A DNA stretch of 64,000 nt, from positions 121,675,465 to 121,739,464 of the forward strand of contig JARDVH010000001.1 of NCBI GenBank assembly GCA_030324005.1, read 5' to 3'. The notes under the pieces are model-generated. The model did not search any database, was not told where the DNA came from, and worked only from the letters and a program-made list of their open reading frames with translations. Below, piece by piece: positions 12,629 through 23,900 of this stretch (positions within the stretch are counted from its first letter, which is position 1; each line of letters opens with the position of its first letter). A program made the position numbers and the translations under genes. Origin of the DNA: Negaprion brevirostris (taxonomy: Eukaryota).

Positions 12629-15432
12629 CGGAGAGAATATTTGATTAAACTGAACTGAAATCAACCTGATGACTAATGAAGAATCAAGTCTCTCAAAAAT
12701 TCTAAAGAAGCACCATGTTGTGTTTGATGGAGAACTGGAAAGTATGAAAGACATCATAGTTAAATTGAAGATTACGAAAGGAAGCCAAGCAAAATGCTTT
12801 AAGGCAAGGATGGTACTCTATGCTATCAGGCCAAAAATGGAGACTGACTTGCAATGACTTGTGAAGATGTGAGGCTTAGAACATGTCAGCATTGGTGAAT
12901 GGGCCGCACCAATGGCACCAGTCATCAAGAAGGATGGATCTGTAAGGATTTGTGGAGACTTTAAAGTCACCTTAAATCTACCATTATGTGTGGAGCAGTA
13001 CCCATTAGCCTACATCAATGACCTCTTTGTGGGTTTGGCTGGAGGCTGACATTTTAGCAATATCAACCTAAGCCATGCTCACTTACAGATGAGTGTAGTC
13101 CAGGAGTGACTATGATAATAGTGACACACAAAGACTTCTTCCTTACCGAAGAATGCCTTTTTGTATCTCATCTGCTCCTGCATTGTTTCAAAAAGCAATG
13201 GGTCAGAGACTGAGTGGAGTTCAGTGTTGTCTGGAGGACAACTTAGTCACTGGAAGAAACGAACAAAGAACATCTGTGGAATTTAGATGTCACCCAGAAT
13301 TAGAAGACTATGGACTGAGTCTGCAAGAACAAGTGGGTCCTTCCAATCCACCATTGAGTATTTAGGGCATATGATTGATACCACAGGCCTTCACTAATCT
13401 CCTTTGATGGTGAAGGCACCTGCACCTTTGAATAGTTGCCATTCTTCCTAGGATTGTTGAAAAGATTTGTTTCAAATTTCAACACCATTTTAAAATTATT
13501 GCATAACATCTTGTGCCAGAATAAGAAATGGTAGTAGTTGAATCAGTGCAAAAATCTTTTATGCAAGTCAAAGAAATGTTGCTCGGACCTGAAGTTCTTA
13601 CACATTTTGATCCTACCCTATCCCTACAGTTAGCATGTGACACATCCATTATGGGGTTGGAGTGGTGGCATCCTACTTCATGCTCTCAGGTAAGGGGAGA
13701 CCCATTGCTTTTGCATATCAGTCATTGAGCAAGACTGAAAATAATGACATGCAATTTGAAAGTGAATCTTTAGGGGTAATCTTTGGAGTAAAGAAATTGA
13801 ATTAATTCCTGTATGGGATCAAGTTCACACTGTTGACAGACAATTAGCTACCATTTTTGGACCACACACAGGAATTCTGTCACTGGCAGCAAATAAAATG
13901 CAGAGATAGGCATTGCTATTGTCTGTACGTACTTATACCGTCAAGTATTGACAGTCAAGTCTGGATTATTATGCGGACAGACTGTCGAACTACCTGGTAG
14001 CGGTAATCTTATCAGCTAGTAGTTCATTGCACTACTCAAGTGGAAGTATCTCCTATTTTGAACAGGTAGACAGTATGCCAGTCACCTCTGGTCAAGTGAG
14101 GAAGCACACTCCACAATCCACTACTCGGACGTGATTGACATAGTATTACGAGACAAAGTCTCAATCCTAACCCCTGACTTTAAACCTTACTCCTCAGATT
14201 GGAGCTGTCAGTACAGTCAGGATGTCATCTTTGGGGGCTCAGAGCAAGGTTAGACCAGGGCTATTGCAGGAAATAGCCAGGAGTTATTTCTGGTGGCTTG
14301 GATTGGACGTGGAAATTGAAGAGAGAGCTAGAATGTGTTCTTCCTGTACAAAAATAAGAAACCTGCCCTTGGCATTGCAGCATCAGTGGGAATGGCCAGA
14401 AGAGGCTTTTCAGTGAGTCCAGGTAGACTTTTCAAAATCTTTTGAAGGATGTAGGTTCTTAGTAATGGTTAATGCTTATTCAAAGTGGCCAGAAGTTGTT
14501 ATAATGAAAACAAATTAATCGGAGAAGATTATCAAGAAGTTAGGAAAAATATTTAGTCAGTTTGGATTCCCTAAACTCGTAAGCGATAATGGAGCCCAAT
14601 TTCTCTCATACGAGAAAAAGTTTCTTGCAAGAGAATAGTATACAATGTATTAAGCCCACACCAAATCATCCTGCTACCAATGGATTAGCAGGATGTTTTG
14701 CCCAAACCATGAAATGTACATTGAGAGCAACCAGGGAACGAGGTTCGCTGATCAAACATCTTAACCAATTCCTAATAATGTATAGTAATATTGTGCATTC
14801 TACAACCAAAACCACTTTTGCATTATTAATGATGAAGAGAAAACTACCTTGGCATTCGACTTGCTAAAACCTCCAAAATCAAAATAATCCGTACAACAAC
14901 GAGGACAGAGAATTGCAGTAAAGCAAAACATGGTGTCTTCCAAAAGGACAAGGAGTTTTGGCTGGCACTTACTCCACAGGAGAGAAATGGGTTCCTGCCA
15001 CAGTCCTTGCACAGATTGTACCTATCTCGTTTTTGATCCAAACCAGCAATGATATCGCCTGGAGGAAGCATGTGGACCAGCTGTTTGCAGGGAGAGCCCA
15101 TCTGCCAGAAATGGAACTTGCTAAAAATCCAAGTTCAACTGCACAAAATGCTGAGCTGAACCTTCCTGCAATCCTGACACCAACTGACGCTGTTGACGAA
15201 AGAAATACTTCACCTATAGACCAAAGTCAACTTTAGTCACATCAACGCCTGTCAAACCAATCACTGATGACATTCGTGCAGAGGTTACAATAAATGCAAA
15301 AGATGCCATAGGTTTGCTATCAACTGTTCCAAGACAATGACCCCCCAAGCCTTTTGACTTATTGATTACTATTTATTGTCCATGTTGCACTTGTTTGAAT
15401 TTGTTGGGGATGTTCAACTTAAAAGGGGGAGG

Positions 15433-15630
15433 AAACAGTATGTATTAATATTGATTCTTGGTAGCTGCATTGAGCACTATGTATTAACATATTCACTGGA
15501 AGTGACATCTCAGATCACTAGCAAGGGAAAATGTCAGAAGGAAGCAGCCATGTAGGGAACACTCTTGTAAATAAAGATCCATTATTTGTAATCCTCTGTG
15601 CTTCTTTGCATCAATTCTCCAACATACAAC
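15433..15630 (+). repeat. 3' LTR of the Gypsy element
   Basis: Follows the PPT, contains aataaa, and its 3' half is similar to 8890-8991. Confidence 0.75.
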
Positions 15631-16269
15631 TTTACCCATATAGCATTATTGTCGGCAGTTCATGTTTTTCATCGCTCAAATGACATTTCACCTGAGCAGT
15701 TTGTTATCATTAGTTTCAAGAATTGCTGAAAAGTTCTTCCACATTTGGGAATGCCAACTGAACTTTATCTTGAATGATGACTTGTACTGGCCCTGGTGGC
15801 TGAAATGTCAACATAATTCTCCTTCACTTAAGCATGGAAGTGCTTTATTGCTCCAAGATTATCAACATCTTAAAGGATAGTCTCTGATCAGAAGTTTCAA
15901 ACTTTTACACAACTGTTTCTCCAAGGCATCCAAAACAAAAATGAAAAATTGCAACATATCCATACACTATACCACTTTTCTTCAATTTGGTTTCAAGTGC
16001 ATCCATCATAAGGATAAAGGCTTTCATTCAAAATTTCATCAGCATAGGTACATCATCATTGACCTTTTCTAAACCTTTTCCCTTAATTTGCAGTCAACAT
16101 CAGGCAGGCTTTCTTTTGCCTTGATTCAGTTCTGACAAAGCTCCCACTTCTATCAATAAGAAGGGTGATGTGTAAAGTTTCCCTCATGTTAAGGTCAGGA
16201 CTAACTATGCAGCCTCCAAACAGATAGAGAGGGACAGAGGAGGTGAGGTGGTGGTGTGTGTCTTTAAGC

Positions 16270-17355
16270 ACTTGACAAAGTACTACATAAAAGCTTGATT
16301 ATCCAAACTGAGGCTCACGGAACAGGAGAATCAGTGTCAAACAGGATTAAAAAATGACTTGAGAGAAAACAGTGAATCCTAGTGAATGGTTATGGAAGGT
16401 GGTAGACGGTGGTGTTTCCCAAAGTTCAAGCTCAGATCACTGACTTCTGTGCTATTTGCAAATGACTTAGATATTGGAATAAAGTTGCAAAACTTTCTGG
16501 TGATACTGAACTTGGAGGATTGACAGAGTGCAACATTACATAGATAGGCCATGAGAATAGCCAGACAAGTAACAGATGAAATTTAATGGAGAAAATCATG
16601 ATGATATTTTGGCAGAAGAGACAAGGAGAAACAAAAGAGACTTAATGGCACATTTCTAAAGAACATGCAGGAAAAGTGGCATCTGGTGGTGCCTGTGCAT
16701 CAATTTTTGAAGGTGGCAGGACATGTTGAGAGACTAATTAGCATAGCATTTGGAATCTTAGGCTTCACAATTAGGGACATTTGATACAAAAAGCAGATAG
16801 GTTATGCTAAACATTTATGAACCTCTGGTCAGGCCACAACTATAGCATTGCATCCAGTTCTGGTCACCAAATTTCCCAAAGGATGTAAGGGTGCAGAGGA
16901 GATTATCAGGATGGTTTCAGAAATGGGGGACTGTAGCTGCAAGGTTACGTTTGAGTTTGTTCTCTTTGGAGCAGAGAAGATTGGGGAGAGATTTGCTGGA
17001 GGTGTACAAGATGACAATTTTGGATAAATAGACAAGGAAAAGCTATTCCCATTAGCTAATGGTACAAGGAGGAGAAGACATAGGTTTAAAGTTTTGGGCA
17101 AGAGATGTAGGCAAAATGTGAGAAATAATCTTGTTTCACAGCAAATAGTAATGGCCTAGCCCCCTCTGCCTGAGGGTGTTGGAAGCAGGTGCAATGATTT
17201 CAAGAAGAAATCGGATGGACGCCTGGAGGAAATAAACTTGCAGGATTATGGGAATAAAGCAGGGGATCACTGACTGGATTGTTCCATGGAGAGCTGGCAC
17301 AGATGCAATGGGTTGAATGGCTTCTTTCTGTGCCACAAATTACTCCATGAATCCA
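16270..17355 (+). mobile_element. Old CR1 LINE 3' portion
   Basis: Decayed RT motifs, ctggtcaggccacaact..agttctggtcacca, and tail atgggttgaatggcttctttctgtg. Confidence 0.85.
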
Positions 17356-17521
17356 ATCAAAAAATTCAATTAGCTACATGTTTGGTAGCTAAGCTAATGG
17401 ACAGCAATATGAAGACAGACAATTCAGACCCTAATATGAAGTAAGTGTACAATAATTAGAGACAAACCTTGCCATGTAGAAAAAAAGCACTCGTCAGAAA
17501 TCAGTTTGTTTTTTGTGATCT

Positions 17522-17542
17522 TTTATTTGGAAAAGTTTTATT
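17522..17542 (-). terminator. Candidate polyadenylation signals of TMEM131L (two AATAAA)
   Basis: tttatt on + at 17522-17527 and 17537-17542, about 160-180 nt after the stop in an AT-rich 3' UTR. Confidence 0.45.
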
Positions 17543-17699
17543 AAAAAAATCTTGCAGTATAATTTTTCCATATTAAGTGCAATTTCCTCAGTATAAAATC
17601 AGAAAAAAAATAAAAAAATAAAAAATTTAAGTCACCTAAATACTCTTAAAAGGATTTTAACCATTTCTATCCACACATTTATTTTAAAAAAAACCTAAT

Positions 17700-17975
17700 T
17701 CAAATATCTCCATAATAACCAGAGTCACTGGAGAGCTGAGAATTACAAACACGACTGGAGGAAGAATTCCAAATATGCAGGTTCATGTAGGTGCCAAAAG
17801 GATCAAAACTGGATGTCAGCCCTGGGGTACAAGTCGAGTCCAGGTTTTCATTCACTGCATGCGAGACTGAGTTGTCGGATGTGAAGAAGCTTTGGTAAGG
17901 CTCGCATTGTGGGGTCCAAATGGATCCAAACAATCCAGACATAGGGGACAGACTTCTTGTTCCTGAGAGGTAGGG
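17700..17975 (-). CDS. TMEM131L: TMEM131L last coding exon ([20 protein letters not shown]...YMNLHIW...DSGYYGDI*)
   Basis: ttaccag| acceptor and TGA stop. Matches the human C-terminus [20 protein letters not shown]...AYMNLDIW...DSSYCGNV. Confidence 0.96.
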   Translation of the reverse strand, partial: PYLSGTRSLSPMSGLFGSIWTPQCEPYQSFFTSDNSVSHAVNENLDSTCTPGLTSSFDPFGTYMNLHIWNSSSSRVCNSQLSSDSGYYGDI

Positions 17976-20900
17976 CTGGTAAAAGCGAGAGAGAGTGAGA
18001 CAGCTGTGTATTTCCAACTATTCAAAAAATGTATTTATAAAGAATGGTGTTAGTTTTCTTTATATATTATCTGGAATAAATTAAACATGCTACTGGTTTG
18101 CACTTTATAGCATTCAACATTTTTTTTTTTTTTACATTCTCCGGAGCATTGAACCTGGTGGCTGTGGCGAGTGCCTGATTTAATTTGAAAACCGCTTTTT
18201 TTCTGTACTTCCGGTTCTCGGGGCTTGTTAGAGTGTAGTTTACTTCCGTACCGGAAGTTAGNNNNNNNNNNNNNNNNNNNNNNNNNNNNNNNNNNNNNNN
18301 NNNNNNNNNNNNNNNNNNNNNNNNNNNNNNNNNNNNNNNNNNNNNNNNNNNNNNNNNNNNNACAGTATATCTCATCCTGACACTGAAAATATTTCAATCA
18401 GTACAGCTATAGTCATACTGAACATACTGTGAACTTAAATTGCACTCCAAATTTGCCTCCAGCTACATAATGTCCACATATATTATGACCAACACTAATT
18501 TTAGTATACATTTCCATAAACAGAAAACTTCTCATTACAAGTTAGACAACTTACAGGAGTGCTGATATAGTTAGAAGGTTTCCAGCTAGAGGGAGTTTCC
18601 TGAGTGGACCAAGTGCCAGTACTGCTTGAATCAGCAAAAGATGCATTCTGGCCCTCAGTGTAAATGAAGGGATGAAACAAATTCAGGTTGCCTATTGTGA
18701 AGAAATTTTAAAAATACATTTTGGTTATTATCTTTTGAAAGGGTGTCATACCCACAGTTTAAGCAATAGTGTTGATAATGGATGTGTGGAAGATTAGATT
18801 TTTCCATTAATTGCTGATCACAAATGTTACAGAACCATATTCCGATTTATACACAATAACAGTATTCCAATACATTAACTTAAATAATCGATAAAGCAAA
18901 TGATTCACCACTTGCTAAAATGTTAAGGTTAAAACAATTATGGTTATCTTAGTAGCTAGAAAGAGAGAAAGAGAGGAAAAGCAAAGACAAAGCTCTTGCT
19001 TTAATGGACTACATTAGTTCATACCATTAAGCCTCAGAGTCACATATACAGTTTGATTGCAAGCTTCTACAAGTTGTATCTATTTCAAGTTGCCAATATA
19101 AACACACTGCAGACTGATTTTTAGATTTACCCCAGACTTGCCTTCAGTCTGGCCTCCAATCGCTTCTCTTCTTTGGTAACTGGCTGCAGGAGTGGCCATC
19201 GCTTGTTTTTGCCAAATTAGTCAGAAATCTCACCCATAGCTAATTATTTCCCTGTGAAACATTAAATAGCTGCAGGACAGCCAGTACCAGCAGGAGCACA
19301 TTCCCCACCATCCAAAAAATCCTGTCCCAAGACTGACTCTGGTTTCTTCCTTCATCAACTAATGGTCAGGAATAACAAAGTCAAATTCTGGAATAATTCA
19401 TTAAGAAAAGCTGGTGCGAGAATTATATTTCCAAAGTGAGACAACTGAACAGTTATGGCAAGAAACCATGGTTGATTTCACAGAAATAAATTTTCTGGAC
19501 CAAACTCTTATGTTCCTAAAAATTCAAGCATCAATGCACACAATATTTAATAAGTAGGAATGAAGGATCTAAAGTAGTATGCTAGAAATTTATAGTTCCA
19601 TTTGCTGATGACACCAAGATTGATGGAGTAGTGGATGAGGTGGAGGGCTCTTACAGGCTGCAAAGAGACAGTGACAGGATGCAGAGCTAGGCAGAAAAGT
19701 GTCAGACAGAGTTTAACCCTGATAAGTTGTAAGGTGATTCATTTTGGTAGGACAAACTTGAAAGCAGATTGCAGGGTCAACAGCAGGGTTCTGAGGAATG
19801 TGGAAGAACAGAGATCTTGGGGTTCATATCCACAGATCTCTGACGGTTGCCACTCAAGTGGATGGAGCTGTGAAGAAGNNNNNNNNNNNNNNNNNNNNNN
19901 NNNNNNNNNNNNNNNNNNNNNNNNNNNNNNNNNNNNNNNNNNNNNNNNNNNNNNNNNNNNNNNNNNNNNNNNNNNNNNNNNNNNNNNNNNNNNNNNNNNN
20001 NNNNNNNNNNNNNNNNNNNNNNNNNNNNNNNNNNNNNNNNNNNNNNNNNNNNNNNNNNNNNNNNNNNNNNNNNNNNNNNNNNNNNNNNNNNNNNNNNNNN
20101 NNNNNNNNNNNNNNNNNNNNNNNNNNNNNNNNNNNNNNNNNNNNNNNNNNNNNNNNNNNNNNNNNNNNNNNNNNNNNNNNNNNNNNNNNNNNNNNNNNNN
20201 NNNNNNNNNNNNNNNNNNNNNNNNNNNNNNNNNNNNNNNNNNNNNNNNNNNNNNNNNNNNNNNNNNNNNNNNNNNNNNNNNNNNNNNNNNNNNNNNNNNN
20301 NNNNNNNNNNNNNNNNNNNNNNNNNNNGAACTTTCAAGTGGTTATTGGATAGGCACATGGAGCACACCAGAATTATAGGGAGTGGGATAGCTTGATCTTG
20401 GGATCGGACATAGCTCCGCACAACATTGAGGGCTGCAGGGCCTGTACCTGTGCTGTAATGTTTTAGGCTCTATGCTCTGCTCTCTAAAGATATCTGCTCT
20501 AATTGATTCTTTTGGGCACAAGTCAAGTTTCGTTCCCATAAGTGAAGGATAATGTTGCATTTTATCAAATTGACCTTACCTTCAGAAACACTGGAGAAAT
20601 CACTCTCATGATATGTGTTGAAGAGATTGCTGCAACGATCACTGTTGAATGTGGTCCGGGAAAGATGGCTTCAAATTTTATTTTTTAAAAAAATTAATAT
20701 ATAAAAGTATCAATTTACAAATAAATAGAACTAAAAAAGATATAAAAAGTTTATTTTTAAGTAACAATGCAAACAAAACAAAAGGCCTCACATTACAAAC
20801 TTAAAAGTCAAGACTATATCAGTTGGTGATGAAAGAAAAAATTCAGATGTTTATTTTAACATAAATATGCAAACAGAGCCCAGTTACAGTGAAAGAATAA

Positions 20901-23900
20901 GTTATTATTTTCCACACATTAAATAAACAGAGACGAGTAGACAAAAAAATAAATTAATCAGGGGCAATTTTACAGATCTATACTCCCTTTAAGGAGCCTG
21001 GCTTGCCAATAGCATACATTTGGACTACAGGTAAGCACTATCCACTGTTTTCCAATCATTGTGATGTTGTGCATTGACCTAGTGAAGCCAGTGAAGTAGC
21101 TTTAAAGAGTGGAAATTTGAGTCATTTTGGCTGAAGAATAATAATAGCAAATTATGTGGAATTAAACAATCCAAAAAATAATCCACAAGCATACATGCAC
21201 ATTTCACATTAAAGTAATCCCTAACTAGATAAGCATCTTTTTAAAAATAAGTTATTGTACAATTGAAATTATTTTAAAATATCTATTTTAGACTCAAAAT
21301 ACTACACAAATTATCCTCAGCCAGTATGCTGGGGTGAAAAACTGAAGGCAGCCTTTCTCATGATGGAACTTGGATCACATTTTCTGGATACTATGCACAA
21401 TGGCAAACACGATGGGCAGCATTTCATACTAATGTTATCAAATGCAGGGTGAACACAACTAATCTTTAAATAGTAAAACTGGAATGGGGTGGGAGTGATG
21501 GTGGTGGTGGTGGTGTTCATGCTTAATAGCTCAATTCAAGAAACAAACGCATTAAAAATACTCTCAGAATTCCAAAGTATTTTTGTTACGACTGAGGTGA
21601 AGTATCACTATGATAAAAATGCTCAAAGATGCAGAAAATAAAAATTATATTGCGATTCTTTGGTCATAGCTGCTTGTAGAACCAACGTACCTGTAATCAG
21701 CAGCAGCATTTGGCTGTTGGCTGATCTGCATACCATTTCCTGAATGGCACGTCAAACCATTTGCGGGAGGGATGGATTTTAAACATTGTCCATTTACTGT
21801 TGTGTAAAGACCTGGAAAATGCAAGCAACAATGAGAGTAAATGCCAAAATCAAAGAAAGTTATATTATTCTTGCTGAAATAAATGCCAAAAAAAGTACAA
21901 GTTTTGAAGCTCAGATTTTCTTCAGCACCAAGCAATCCAATTACTAGGAACAGGAGTCATCCATTCAGCACCACAAGCTTTGTCCATCATTCAGAGGTTA
22001 TGGCTGGTTTTGATCCAACTCTCTTTATTCTATCCCTGGCTGGCAAAAATCTATTGATCTAAAATTTGAAATGAGTTATGAACTAGCATTAACTAATTTT
22101 TGTGGGAATGTTCAATAAATCTAACACCTTTATTTGTTTCTTGACTTCTATGATGAATGGCCTGGCTTTGATTTTAAATTTAAATCTTAATGTCTTGGAC
22201 TTGAGGGTTCAGGCACAAATTCAAAATGTGCAAAACTTGGAAATGCAGTAAAGGAAATAGTAAGGGAGATGACAATAAAGAGAACAATTAACAAGATGGT
22301 GGAGAAAGCAGATGCATACGGATGAACTTCAATGTTAGGTGGTACATTTTGGTTGGAAAAATGAGGGGGCACAAACAAGCTAAATGGTATAATATTAAAG
22401 GAGGTTCAAGAGAGAGACCTGGGAATCTTTGTGTACAAAACAGAGGCAGCTGAACAGCTTAACAAAACAGTGAATAATATATGGGATCCTGGACATTCTA
22501 AGCAGCAGATTAGAGCTCAAATGCCATAGAGTCATTTTTACCTGTGTAAAAGACTAGTTCAGACCCAGCTAATGTAGTTTGTCCAATTCTGGAAATCGAA
22601 CCTTAGGAAAGACATTAAGGCTCTGGAGTGGGTACAGAAGAGATTTACTGGAATGGTTCTCAGGATAAGGGATTGTGATTATGAGGCTAGGTGACGGATT
22701 ACAGTTACGTGGATAGAATTATTCCTCTTAAAGCACAGTAAGTAGTCTCAACACCAGGTTAAAGTCCAACAGGTTTATAATAAACCTGTTGGACTTAACC
22801 TGGTGTTGAGAGACTACTTATTGTGCCTACCCCAGTCTAACACCAGCAACTCTACACCATGGCTACCCCTCTTAAAGCAGGGTAAGCCTGGGGAGGATTT
22901 GATTGGTATGTTTAGCTGATGCGAATAAAAAAGGATGAATAACAAGACAGCAGACTTGCCTTAAAAACCCATACTAACAAGAGGAAACATGGTTAAGATT
23001 CTGAATATGCTGCTAGATAGGGGTGGTCAATGCAGATTTAATAGTAAAAGGGAGTTGGATAAATATTTGGAAAAACAAATTGCAGGGAAATAGGTCCAAC
23101 TGCATTGCTTTTTGAAATAAATGATACAGACAGATGGGCAGAATACCTCCCTTGTCCTTGAACCCCACTGCCAATATCAGGCAGTTTATCTTTCCTTGTG
23201 CCTTGCAAACCATTATGGTGAATCTGTGCAGCACTCCTTCCAAGATCAGATATTCTTTGTAATTTTATGCTTTCATCTACACTATTTACAATGCCGTCTA
23301 TCTTTGTGCTAGCAAACTGAGGTAAGAGGCTTTCGATTGTGTGATCCAAGTAATTAGTGAAAACAGTGAACAGTCAAAGCCTCAGCACTGATCCGTGAAG
23401 GAATTCCTTTCAATTTGAGTATTAACCCATTATTTCTCCTGTTTTCTGCTATCTAAACAAATCTTAAACCAGGTCAATAATTTGTCTTCAATTCCATGAA
23501 ATTTAATTTTAGAAGAAACTCTCTCTTATTTGCAGCCTCATCAATATCTTTTAAAAATTCATATAAAGTACATTTGTAGTCATTTCCCCATCTGCTACTT
23601 TGTTAATTCCTTGTAAATTTCCATTAGGTTAATTAGATATGACATACCTTTACAGATTCATATTCACTCTCTCTAATCAGCTGAAATTTGGCCAAGTGCC
23701 CAATCTGTCCATAATCATAGATTCTAATAACTTCCTTACAACACATTCAAGAATAATGGGTCTATAATTTCCTGGTTTCTCCAACTCTTTTCATAAAAAA
23801 ATTGAATGACATTTACAATTTTCCAAAATAAGGGAACAATTTCTGAATCAAGAGAACCTCTTAATTATTACGTCATGAACTAGGTGTTTCTACTCAAAAG

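Larger units (their letters stand above)
8890..15630 (+). mobile_element. Decayed Ty3/Gypsy LTR retrotransposon (composite, pol partly duplicated)
   Basis: The 5' LTR end (8991) and 3' LTR end (15630) share gcatcaattctccaa(t/c)atacaac. PBS-like tggtgacaagga at 8999. Gag FVAVLKRLAEY.EFG with a Zn-knuckle remnant, protease DTGA (9929), RT CYLNDILV, RNase H LACD, integrase ARSYFWW..C..C, SDNG and HPATNGLA. PPT aaaagggggagg at 15421. Confidence 0.93.

Noticed and set aside
19635-20421. Long ORFs here and at 23884-24285 and 59634-60311
   Set aside because: Their length comes from N runs.
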